Shown in pieces: positions 1-8,196 of a stretch of DNA of 38,159 nt (position 1 is the stretch's first letter; each line of letters starts with the position of its first letter). A program made the position numbers and the translations under genes. A model generated the notes under the pieces. That model ran no database searches and was not told the DNA's origin. It was given only the letters and a program-made list of their open reading frames with translations. The stretch lies in the NCBI GenBank assembly GCA_964430605.1, contig CAYSGX010000002.1:1-38159 (forward strand), given 5' to 3'. Source of the DNA: an uncultured Chitinophagaceae bacterium (GTDB lineage Bacteria; Bacteroidota; Bacteroidia; Chitinophagales; CAIOSU01).

Positions 1-687
1 AGATAAGGTTGAAAGCGAACGATTACATTCAATATTTAATGACCCGTGATAAGCGACATCATTGTCAGTATCTGCTTCATCATTATTCACCAAAACATCT
101 ATCAAAGAACTGGCATCTTGCCCGTCATCGAAAGGCGCATCCATAGAAACATGCCAGAATGAAACGTCAAGAGTGGTTTGCACCTGCTCTAATTCCAAAT
201 CCAGTAATTCTGCCAATTCTTCAGGTGATGGTTCCCGCTCATATTTCTGCTCAAGTTCGGCAAAAGCTTTATTAATTTTTATGAGCGAGCCTACCTTATT
301 CAGAGGTAAGCGAATCAGGCGAGATTGCTCAGCCAAAGCCTGAATAATGGATTGACGAATCCACCATACCGCATAAGAAATAAACTTAAAGCCTCTGGTT
401 TCGTCAAATTTTTGTGCTGCCTTTACCAAGCCCAAATTGCCTTCGTTAATAAGGTCGTTTAAAGACAGGCTTGAGTTTTGATATTGCTTCGCGACAGAAA
501 CTACAAACCGCAAATTGGCATTTACAAGCGTTTCTAATGCTTTTTCATCGCCTGCTTTAATTTTTTTTGCTAAAGTTACTTCCTGTTCGGCCGTGAGCAG
601 TGGCAGTTTACCGATTTCCTGCAAATACTTTTCAATAGACTGGCTTTCTCTACTGGTAATAGATTTTGAAATTTTCAGTTGCCTCAT
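1..687 (-). CDS. rpoD: RNA polymerase primary sigma-70 factor (RpoD/SigA type); first 229 codons, 3' end lies beyond the window start
   Basis: Absent from the ORF track because no stop lies in the window. My reverse-strand translation from the ATG (complement of 685-687) reads [107 protein letters not shown], matching sigma-70 regions 1.2/2. The + strand ORFs 62-343 and 515-721 are shadow ORFs. Confidence 0.9.
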   Translation of the reverse strand, partial: MRQLKISKSITSRESQSIEKYLQEIGKLPLLTAEQEVTLAKKIKAGDEKALETLVNANLRFVVSVAKQYQNSSLSLNDLINEGNLGLVKAAQKFDETRGFKFISYAVWWIRQSIIQALAEQSRLIRLPLNKVGSLIKINKAFAELEQKYEREPSPEELAELLDLELEQVQTTLDVSFWHVSMDAPFDDGQDASSLIDVLVNNDEADTDNDVAYHGSLNIECNRSLSTLS

Positions 688-988
688 GGTTTTTGGTTTT
701 AGTTGGTTAAGAAAAATCTGAATGCTATTTTTTTAGTATTTCTCTTTAATAAGTTGTTTGAAGCTACATACTTCAATATAGAACTAAAAAATTTTTGAGG
801 CAAATTTTTATTCACAATGGTTAAAAATGGTTGGCACTATATATGATAATAGTTTTGCACTTCTTTCATCCCCTCTACAAAATAGTTCAGTCTGTTTTTT
901 CAAATATCAGGAGCTGTTAATCTTAGTTAAGTTGTGGGCAAATTCTATACGCTCATTGATTTTAGAAATATCTTGTGCTTTAATATTA

Positions 989-1042
989 TGCCACTGTAAA
1001 ATTCTAAATAGTCCAAAGACTATTTAGAATTTTACAGTGGCA
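989..1042. repeat. Perfect 24-25 bp inverted repeat (stem-loop) in the divergent intergenic region; function unknown
   Basis: GCCACTGTAAAATTCTAAATAGTC (990-1013), loop caaa, GACTATTTAGAATTTTACAGTGGC (1018-1041). The arms are exact reverse complements, and T989/A1042 add one more pair. Confidence 0.9.
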
Positions 1043-1162
1043 AATGCCGTTACTAAATATGTTTAGTAAATTGAGGCAAAGCCGAAAATGGACTATTACA
1101 TATTTGTAAACGGTATTAAACCTTTATTGACCCACACTGTCTATTGTACATTGCTTTTTACT

Positions 1163-3634
1163 ATGAGAAAAAATATCGGCCTGTCATTTATTTGTATTTT
1201 TCTATTTTTCGCCATATCAAATACCTATTCACAAAACACTTCTGTATCAGGAAAAATAACTGCCGCCTCTGACAAATCACCTGTAGCATTCGCGGCAATT
1301 GCGTTATTGAGCCTGCCCGATTCTACTTTAGCAAAAAGCGCTACAACAGATTTTGACGGGTTGTATAAAATAGAAAATGTTCCGGCAGGAAAATATATCC
1401 TTAAAGTTCAGGTTTTGAGTTTTAAAGATTATTTCGTTGCGCCTTTCACCATTCAGCCTGATGAAGCAGAGAAAAAACTGGACAACATTATTTTACAAGC
1501 CGATGTGCAACGCATAAAACAAATAGAGGTTACAGCGGAAAAACCTTTTATGCAACAACAAGCCGACAGAAAAGTATATAACGTAGAAAAAAATATTACT
1601 GCTACCGGTGGCACCGCGACAGATGTGTTGCAAAACATTCCATCGGTTGCACAAGATGCCGATGGCAATATTAGTTTAAGAGGAAGCGAAAACGTGAGTA
1701 TATTGATTAACGGAAAGCCTTCTACCATTGCCGGTGGCGATAAAGCGCAGATACTTCAGCAAATTCAGGCAAACACCATTCAAAGCATAGAAATCATTAC
1801 CAACCCATCTTCTAAATATGATGCTGAAGGTTCGGCAGGAATTATAAATATTATAACAAAAAGAAACGAGAAAGAAAATATCAGTGGCAATGTAGGTGTC
1901 AACTATACCATCTACAATAAAGCAGGAACAAACGCTGCATTGAATTATAAGAACAAGCGCATAAGTGTGGGCGCGAGCTATTCTGTAAATTATAATCCAA
2001 GATTTAATGAAGGTTCTAACAACCGTAAAAATATTTTTGCCGACACTACTTTCTTTTCAGAACAAATTAATAATGGCGACAGAATACAATTCAACCAGAA
2101 TGTAAGGGGCAATTTTGATTATTTCATTAATGACAAAAATACTATTGGTACAACTTTTTCTTTCAACAAAAATAAAAATGAAAACCCTGAAACTATTCAA
2201 TTTTTAAATTATGACAACAACAATATATTAGGCGATAAAAGAGTAAGAACCGTAGAAAATATTCGTAATTCTACAAATTATGAAACCGGCCTGAATTACA
2301 GAAGAACTTTTAAAAAGCCGGGAAGAGAGTTAATGGTTGATGGCACATTTTCTAATAATAACAGAAAAGAGTTTTCAGAATTTAATGACAAATATGAAGT
2401 GCTGAATTATATTAAGGATGATTACGATTATCGGTTTAACCAAGTTAATAATGATGGAGGCACCACCAAGCAGTATATTGCACAAGCCGATTATACTCAT
2501 GCCATAAATAAAAACAGCAAGATTGAAACCGGCCTGAAATCATCTGTCAGAGATATTTCAGGCAACTATACTTTAGATAATTTAGACACGCTTACTAACC
2601 TTTACATTCCCGACTCGCTAAACGGCAGCCGGATATTTAACTACGTAGAACAAGTGTATGCAGCGTATATCAACTACAATAATAAAATTAAAAATTTCAG
2701 CTACCAGTTTGGTTTGCGCGGAGAACAAACGGTAATTAACGGAAGCGGAAAATCATTTACCACGCCCGATGCTTCAATCAAAAACAATTATTTCAATCTG
2801 TTTCCTACCGGATTTTTGGCCTATACTTTTGAAAAGCAACATCAATTACAATTGAGTTATTCCAAAAGAATAAGCCGCCCGTGGTTTAGGCAATTAATGC
2901 CTTTTGTAGATGTAAACGACCCTTATAACCTTCGCATCGGAAACCCGAATCTGAATCCTGAAATATTTCACTCAGTAGAATTTGGATGGAGCAAATCATA
3001 TAACAAGCACTTCGCTTCAGCAAACGTGTACTACAGGCACACCAATAATAGTATTGGCAGAATAAGAACTATTGATGAAGCAGGAATTTCTACTACTACA
3101 TTTGAAAATCTGAATCAGGAATATTCTTATGGAGTAGAATTAATTGTAAGAAATAACTGGTATAAATGGTGGGATGTTACCACCAGTGTAAACGGTTATC
3201 AAACTTTTGTTAATGGCAATAATTTAGAAGCCGGATTATCAAACAGCGGCTTTGCTTATGTCATCAAAAATTCTCAAAATTTTCGTTTCTGGAAAAACGC
3301 GGCATTTCAGTTAACAGGTTTTTATAACAGCGCAAGGCCCACCGCGCAAGGCAGAATAAGAAGTATTTGGGGAATAGACCTTGCATTGAAAAAAGATGTA
3401 CTGAAAGGCAAAGGCACTGTAACTGTAAATGCACAGGATATATTTTTCTCGCGCAGATTTGCATTTACGCAAGACCAACCTAATTTTCAACAGGAATTTT
3501 ACAGAAGAAACGAATCGAGAGTTGTAACCATTTCATTTAACTATCGTTTTGGCAGCAGTGAAAACTGGAGCAACCGAAAAAAATCGGGCAGAAGCAGCGC
3601 ACCCGATGGCGGCAATATGATGGAAGATTATTAA
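1163..3634 (+). CDS. Outer-membrane beta-barrel receptor (TonB-dependent-receptor-like, carboxypeptidase-regulatory-like N-domain)
   Basis: Track ORF 1088-3634. The likely true start is ATG 1163, giving the signal peptide MRKNIGLSFICIFLFFAISNTYSQ. It has a CarboxypepD_reg-like segment (VSGKITAASDKSPVAFAAIALL..DFDGLYKIENVPAGKYILKV) and a plug-like segment (DVLQNIPSVAQDADGNISLRGSENVSILINGKPS). A long N/Y/F-rich beta-strand body ends in ISFNYRFG. Confidence 0.85.
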   Translation: MRKNIGLSFICIFLFFAISNTYSQNTSVSGKITAASDKSPVAFAAIALLSLPDSTLAKSATTDFDGLYKIENVPAGKYILKVQVLSFKDYFVAPFTIQPDEAEKKLDNIILQADVQRIKQIEVTAEKPFMQQQADRKVYNVEKNITATGGTATDVLQNIPSVAQDADGNISLRGSENVSILINGKPSTIAGGDKAQILQQIQANTIQSIEIITNPSSKYDAEGSAGIINIITKRNEKENISGNVGVNYTIYNKAGTNAALNYKNKRISVGASYSVNYNPRFNEGSNNRKNIFADTTFFSEQINNGDRIQFNQNVRGNFDYFINDKNTIGTTFSFNKNKNENPETIQFLNYDNNNILGDKRVRTVENIRNSTNYETGLNYRRTFKKPGRELMVDGTFSNNNRKEFSEFNDKYEVLNYIKDDYDYRFNQVNNDGGTTKQYIAQADYTHAINKNSKIETGLKSSVRDISGNYTLDNLDTLTNLYIPDSLNGSRIFNYVEQVYAAYINYNNKIKNFSYQFGLRGEQTVINGSGKSFTTPDASIKNNYFNLFPTGFLAYTFEKQHQLQLSYSKRISRPWFRQLMPFVDVNDPYNLRIGNPNLNPEIFHSVEFGWSKSYNKHFASANVYYRHTNNSIGRIRTIDEAGISTTTFENLNQEYSYGVELIVRNNWYKWWDVTTSVNGYQTFVNGNNLEAGLSNSGFAYVIKNSQNFRFWKNAAFQLTGFYNSARPTAQGRIRSIWGIDLALKKDVLKGKGTVTVNAQDIFFSRRFAFTQDQPNFQQEFYRRNESRVVTISFNYRFGSSENWSNRKKSGRSSAPDGGNMMEDY

Positions 3635-3676
3635 CTACCTTCTAAAATATGCTGTCAACAGACACCCGTGTTATCA

Positions 3677-3745
3677 GCAGCTCTTCTTTCAGTCGTTCGT
3701 TGGCTTTGTGTGGCTTGCAAATGTGTGTGCTTGTGTGTTGGCGTT
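3677..3745. repeat. TG-rich intergenic repeat, copy A (left border of island 1)
   Basis: Contains GTTGGCTTTGTGTGGCTTGCAAATGTG (3699-3725) followed by TGTGTGTTGGC (3732-3742), which abuts the R-M stop codon at 3744. Matches copy B. Confidence 0.8.
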
Positions 3746-6700
3746 AATTCAGATACTTTTTTAATATTTGCTCTTTCTGTTTTGGGATGTCAGCTAACTG
3801 TTTTTGCAATACAGCTATTTTTGTTTCAATCTTTTCTATTGCTGCAACTATTTTTTTTTGTTCTTCGATAGATGGTAAAGGGATTTTAAATTCTTCTAAT
3901 TGCAGTTTTGTAATTGCTTCTCTTGAAGTAGCACCGTCCCCAATTTCTAAAAGTTTCGTTTTATATTCTGAACTAACCAATATTGTCTGAACATATTTGG
4001 GTAATGCTTTTTCATTTGTCCGAATTATAGAAACGTGTTGATTTACTCTTGCAGGTAAATATTTATCTTCTACTATACAGCATCTTGCTATGGAAGCACC
4101 AGTAATATTGAAAAGAATGTCATTTTTCTCAACGGTGACATTGTCTAACTTTTTAGCTTGTTCATCACTAATAAAAGCAAGACCTTTTTCTATAAATTCA
4201 GAATCATAAATGTTTTGACTTCTTATTAAGCTAATCCCACTCGTTCGATAAGAACCCTTACCTCCCAAAGGCGTTGCCCCGCTGCCTATTTTGGTCGTAA
4301 TTTCTTCAAGTTTGGTTAAAGCACCTTTTGAAGTATTGATAGTTGTTCCAAAATTTTCTCTTAGTTTTTCAATTTCCTCAATCGCTTTTTGTTCTTGCTT
4401 TTCCAATGCTTCGATTTCAGCAACTATTTTTTGCTGAATGTTGATTGGTGGAAGTGGAATTTTAATATCCAATAAGTTGCCTCGATTAAGTCCACCTTGA
4501 GCTTGACCTGTAATATTTGCTTTTAATAATTGTTGACCTTTTTTTGAAAGCAACAAATTGAATAGAAACTTTTGATGAGATTTCTTATTAGTTCTTAGTA
4601 GAAAAACGTGTTCATTAATAATTGAACTTTCATAACCTAAATCGTTAGTTCTAAATAATGCAACCTTACCTGTCAACGCTCCATCTTTGCAAATAAGAAT
4701 ATCTAAATCATTTAAAATTCCTTGTTTTGAAGATTTGAAAAATTCAACAGGTACAAATTTTAGATTACTTTTACTAATATAAATCTTACCATTTAAGCCA
4801 ATGTGTTCACCTCCTAAACTTGGTATACCTTCTTGATATTCACTAACACCACCTTTGGGTCTATTTCCGCTTTCTAATACTTCTAAGATTGTAGAGAGTT
4901 TTGTTTGGTCGTATTTACTTTCGATTACTATTTTTTTTTTAGCCGAAAGCGATATGTTCTTTTCAAAATCTACACGGTCAAAAGTGAACATATCTACCAA
5001 GTTGCGGTAGCTTAGATTTTGATGTAAGATTTCTGGAATGCCTAAATCAAACTCACCTAAAAATGCTTTGTAAATATAGTAGCTTGCTTTTTCGGGGTTG
5101 GTAAAGCTATCCGCATCATACAATTGTGTGCACTCGTCTATACTTTTACTTCGTTGAATAGGATGTATGCCTTCGCTACCTCTACGGTTACTAAACTCAT
5201 ATCCTAAAAAGCGTTTTTCAGCATCTTTTTCTCCTGTTTTTACCAACACCAACTTTTGAGGGTATGCCAATATAAAATAAAGCAACTTGTCTTGTTCTAC
5301 TGCTAAGATATTCGTCCAATGTTCTTGTTCATTTTTGGCTTTAATCTTCTTGGTATATTCTTTATAAATTTCGTGTTGCTCAATAGCGGCATTGGGCTTC
5401 TGTTGCAACAACGTTTTGTAATCATCAAAAGAAATATTGTCCCAAACGTGGGCTACATATTTTTTGAGTGGTTTTTCAATGCCGTTTATGGTTACATCTT
5501 GTAGCGATACAAAACATTTTTTTATTGCTTCTGTTATATTGTAAGCATCCGCATTGTTTCTGCGTCTTAAAAATAATGTAACGGTATTTGTTCCCGTTGC
5601 CATAAAGGTATTTGAGCCTAATTCTGCAATACCTAAAATTTCAAAGTGCTTTAATAGAATTTCTCTTGTTTGAGTGTAAATGCCTGTATTGCTCAAAATA
5701 CTACTTGGCAAAATGATACCTGCTACACCACCATCTTTTAATAGCTGTTTAGTACGTTCAATAAACAAACATTCTATTTCAGAACTTTGGTCGGTTAGTC
5801 GGTTGTATAAATCAAAGCCCAACTTCGCTTTTTCTTCATCCATTAAACCCTTAAAAGCGGATACGGAATAAGGCGGATTTGAAATAATAATATCAAATTC
5901 TTTATTGTCTTGCGGATAGGTTTTATCGGTTTCTTTCAATAAATCTTTAAACTCTTTTGAAGTGCTAAAATCTCCCAAACCATCACCGTGAATTACTTTT
6001 GCCAAACCATCTCCGTGCAGATAGCAACTTACTTTGGCTGTCTTTACTAAACGATAATCTTTTTCAATACCATAAACGTAGGTTTCAGCCCAATCAAATT
6101 GGTCTTCTTTCCATTTTTTGATGGCTCTTTTGGTAGTAGGATTAAAAGAACTTTCATCCAAATTGTCAATGTAATTTTGAATAACTTCCATTGATTCGGT
6201 GATAAAATGCCCACTCCCCGCTGCATAATCAATTACAGTTGGTAACAAGTCATTTTTATTTCCCTGCTCAATTTTCTGTGCTGTTATTTCTTGAAATGGT
6301 AAACTTTTAATAATAAATCGAGCAATCGGAACTGGTGTGAAAAACTGTCCTGATTCTTGCTTTAATCCTGTAGTTAAAAGCAATTCAAAGAAATCACTCA
6401 AAAATTGCTGACGGTAATTGTAACGTATTTGATATACTTGAAGCAGCTCAACTACTTCTTTTACCACTTTGGCATTTTCTTCAAAAGAAGTATCATCATA
6501 CACTTCTTTTATTGCAAATTCATTATTTTTTTTAAGCCGAATTTCGGTTAAAATATCCTTGAATTTATCTCTGTACTGAATGTCAACGTGTAAAAATTGT
6601 TTATCAAATTCGCTGTCGCTAACGTCTGTAACTTTCTTTTCCAAAAGTTCGAGCATTCCTCTGTTATAAAGGTCTGTCAGTCTTTTTTGAAACGAAACGT

Positions 6701-7535
6701 GAGTATCTTCTCCTTCAAGCCATTGGAAATGCAATTGCTCGTCTGGATTTCTGTTTTCATCAACAATTTTGCAAAGGAAAAGTGTAAATATTTTGTTGAA
6801 AGCGTTCGGTTTATCAGAAACTACATTGTGTCTTAGTATTTCCAAAAAGCGATTAAAAATGAAACTACTGTCTTCTTGTTTTAAAACTTTTAAGTCGTTT
6901 TTTGTAAGTGCCTTACTTTGAAATTCATAAGGCTTTACCCAACTTTCAAAAATACCATTGGTTTTAGGTAGTTTATTCCAACGCTCGAAAAAGTCTTTTA
7001 CATTTCCTGCTTGTCGGTAATCATCTTCAATTTTTGTAATGACGTTTTTAAACTCAATGTTTTTTCCTTGAAGTTGCGAAGCGTAAAGCATAAGAATATC
7101 AGCATCCTTATCCTGTTGGAAGTAAGTAAAAAGCTGACCACCGTTTCGTTCTAAATTTTTAAATTCTTTGTCAAATTCTGCTCCCCAAGTCTTGCATTCA
7201 ATCATTAGGTAAGCCGAACCATTGTCACGAGTTACCAAAATATCTAATCGTCCGCTTGTGCCGTGTCCGGTTCGCCAAGTTTTTTCTAAAACAATATTTT
7301 GAGGTAAATAACCTTTTTCTAAAAGTCTGTCAACACATTCAAGAACAACCCAATTTTCTGCTTGTGAAAAATTTTGAGTGGTTTTGCTTTCGCCTTTTAT
7401 CTTCTTTCCAAAATCGAAAGTTGAGTTCTCAAAATCAATTTCAATGGCGTAGCCATTGTATTTTTTATGAAAAATACCTGAAGTATTTTCTTTAGGTGTA
7501 AATCCTAATGTTTGTATGAAGTTTTTGTAGTTCAT
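3744..7535 (-). CDS. Single-polypeptide restriction-modification-specificity enzyme (Type IIB/IIG architecture: PD-(D/E)XK nuclease + N6-adenine methyltransferase + two HsdS-like TRDs)
   Basis: 1263-aa ORF. N-terminal nuclease core: GRLDILV..YLMIECK (D98/E112/K114). Gamma-class N6A MTase motifs: GQFFTP, motif I VIDYAAGSGHF, and motif IV NPPY at nt 5868-5879. Two target-recognition domains follow (about nt 4461-4913 and 3891-4313), each ending in a conserved helix (IPLPPINIQQKIVAEIEALE / IPLPSIEEQKKIVAAIEKIE). Confidence 0.85.
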   Translation of the reverse strand: MNYKNFIQTLGFTPKENTSGIFHKKYNGYAIEIDFENSTFDFGKKIKGESKTTQNFSQAENWVVLECVDRLLEKGYLPQNIVLEKTWRTGHGTSGRLDILVTRDNGSAYLMIECKTWGAEFDKEFKNLERNGGQLFTYFQQDKDADILMLYASQLQGKNIEFKNVITKIEDDYRQAGNVKDFFERWNKLPKTNGIFESWVKPYEFQSKALTKNDLKVLKQEDSSFIFNRFLEILRHNVVSDKPNAFNKIFTLFLCKIVDENRNPDEQLHFQWLEGEDTHVSFQKRLTDLYNRGMLELLEKKVTDVSDSEFDKQFLHVDIQYRDKFKDILTEIRLKKNNEFAIKEVYDDTSFEENAKVVKEVVELLQVYQIRYNYRQQFLSDFFELLLTTGLKQESGQFFTPVPIARFIIKSLPFQEITAQKIEQGNKNDLLPTVIDYAAGSGHFITESMEVIQNYIDNLDESSFNPTTKRAIKKWKEDQFDWAETYVYGIEKDYRLVKTAKVSCYLHGDGLAKVIHGDGLGDFSTSKEFKDLLKETDKTYPQDNKEFDIIISNPPYSVSAFKGLMDEEKAKLGFDLYNRLTDQSSEIECLFIERTKQLLKDGGVAGIILPSSILSNTGIYTQTREILLKHFEILGIAELGSNTFMATGTNTVTLFLRRRNNADAYNITEAIKKCFVSLQDVTINGIEKPLKKYVAHVWDNISFDDYKTLLQQKPNAAIEQHEIYKEYTKKIKAKNEQEHWTNILAVEQDKLLYFILAYPQKLVLVKTGEKDAEKRFLGYEFSNRRGSEGIHPIQRSKSIDECTQLYDADSFTNPEKASYYIYKAFLGEFDLGIPEILHQNLSYRNLVDMFTFDRVDFEKNISLSAKKKIVIESKYDQTKLSTILEVLESGNRPKGGVSEYQEGIPSLGGEHIGLNGKIYISKSNLKFVPVEFFKSSKQGILNDLDILICKDGALTGKVALFRTNDLGYESSIINEHVFLLRTNKKSHQKFLFNLLLSKKGQQLLKANITGQAQGGLNRGNLLDIKIPLPPINIQQKIVAEIEALEKQEQKAIEEIEKLRENFGTTINTSKGALTKLEEITTKIGSGATPLGGKGSYRTSGISLIRSQNIYDSEFIEKGLAFISDEQAKKLDNVTVEKNDILFNITGASIARCCIVEDKYLPARVNQHVSIIRTNEKALPKYVQTILVSSEYKTKLLEIGDGATSREAITKLQLEEFKIPLPSIEEQKKIVAAIEKIETKIAVLQKQLADIPKQKEQILKKYLN

Positions 7536-7858
7536 TAGAATTTCATTTTACCTTGTTTTACGTTCTTATTTCTCAAATACTTCCACTGGCTTTCTGCTAC
7601 AGTGAACACAGCATCAGAACATTGGTATTTATGAACTTCTTCAACCAACTTGTCAGCAACATATAGGGTTTTTAACTCCACATAATCTTTCTCTAAAAAT
7701 TTTGCAAGTGCTTCAAGGCTTGTAAAGGGAAATTTTTTCTTTCCAGTTTCTATTTTGGAAATTTCGGTCATAATAATGCCGAGAGGTTGCCCAAACTCAC
7801 TTTGGTTTAACCCCTTCTTATTTCTTTCGGCTCTCAAAAACTCTCCAAATGTTGCCAT
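7535..7858 (-). CDS. XRE-family helix-turn-helix protein, probable controller (C) protein of the adjacent R-M gene
   Basis: 107-aa ORF with an HTH_XRE-like N-terminus (FGEFLRAERNKKGLNQSEFGQPLGI..ISKIETGKK). Its TAA stop shares one base with the R-M ATG (TAATG, nt 7533-7537), implying translational coupling. Confidence 0.7.
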   Translation of the reverse strand: MATFGEFLRAERNKKGLNQSEFGQPLGIIMTEISKIETGKKKFPFTSLEALAKFLEKDYVELKTLYVADKLVEEVHKYQCSDAVFTVAESQWKYLRNKNVKQGKMKF

Positions 7859-7865
7859 AATCGAT

Positions 7866-7899
7866 ACTTGCCAGTATTACACTTGCCAATATACGGCAA
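7866..7899 (-). promoter_or_regulatory. Candidate C-box-like operator: 12-bp direct repeat plus a short inverted repeat just upstream of the HTH start
   Basis: ACTTGCCAGTAT (7866-7877) and ACTTGCCAATAT (7881-7892) match 11/12 with a 15-bp period. TTGCC (7883-7887) / GGCAA (7895-7899) form an inverted repeat. The first repeat ends 7 nt from the HTH ATG at 7858. Confidence 0.4.
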
Positions 7900-7958
7900 A
7901 TATAGTCAGGGTTATTAATGTAGCAAATTTTTTCGTCTTAAAGTGCGTTGGCAAAATT

Positions 7959-8035
7959 GCAGCTCTTTTGCAAGCTTTGGTTTGTGTGTTGGCTTTGTGC
8001 GGCTTGCAAATGTGCTGCAATGTGCGGTGGGTTGT
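7959..8035. repeat. TG-rich intergenic repeat, copy B (right border of island 1)
   Basis: TGTGTGTTGGC (7983-7993) overlaps GTTGGCTTTGTGCGGCTTGCAAATGTG (7988-8014), which matches copy A at 26/27. The upstream GCAGCTCTT (7959-7967) also matches 3677-3685. Confidence 0.8.
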
Positions 8036-8196
8036 CGAGTTTTTTTTCGTCAGTTGATTGTTGTACGGTCGCTCGGTTGGAGTTGCAGATAATTTCAGAA
8101 TATACGAAACAAATACAGGTGTTTCAGAAATATTGTTTCTATGCAATGGGGAAAATACTATAAAAACTTTCCCTATTTTCGGGCAGGCAATAAATT

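Noticed and set aside
62-721. Plus-strand ORFs 62-343 and 515-721
   Set aside because: They lie antisense to a clean, motif-rich sigma-70 reading frame on the minus strand (1-687) and have low-complexity S/C/F-rich products, so they are shadow ORFs.
1088-1162. N-terminal extensions offered by the ORF track (1088-1162, and likewise 13322-13417, 16892-16963, 22354-22434 and 25963-26013)
   Set aside because: The track opens ORFs at the first ATG/GTG/TTG. In each case an internal ATG gives a proper signal peptide or domain start. That start also removes an overlap with the upstream gene or promoter.
3668-3871. Cys/Leu/Val-rich ORFs over the island borders (3668-3871, 7755-8163, 20848-21093)
   Set aside because: Their odd composition (LCVACKCVCLCVG, WLCAACKCAAMCGG) is simply the translation of the TG-rich repeat units, and they overlap gene ends. 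I treat them as repeat DNA rather than coding sequence.
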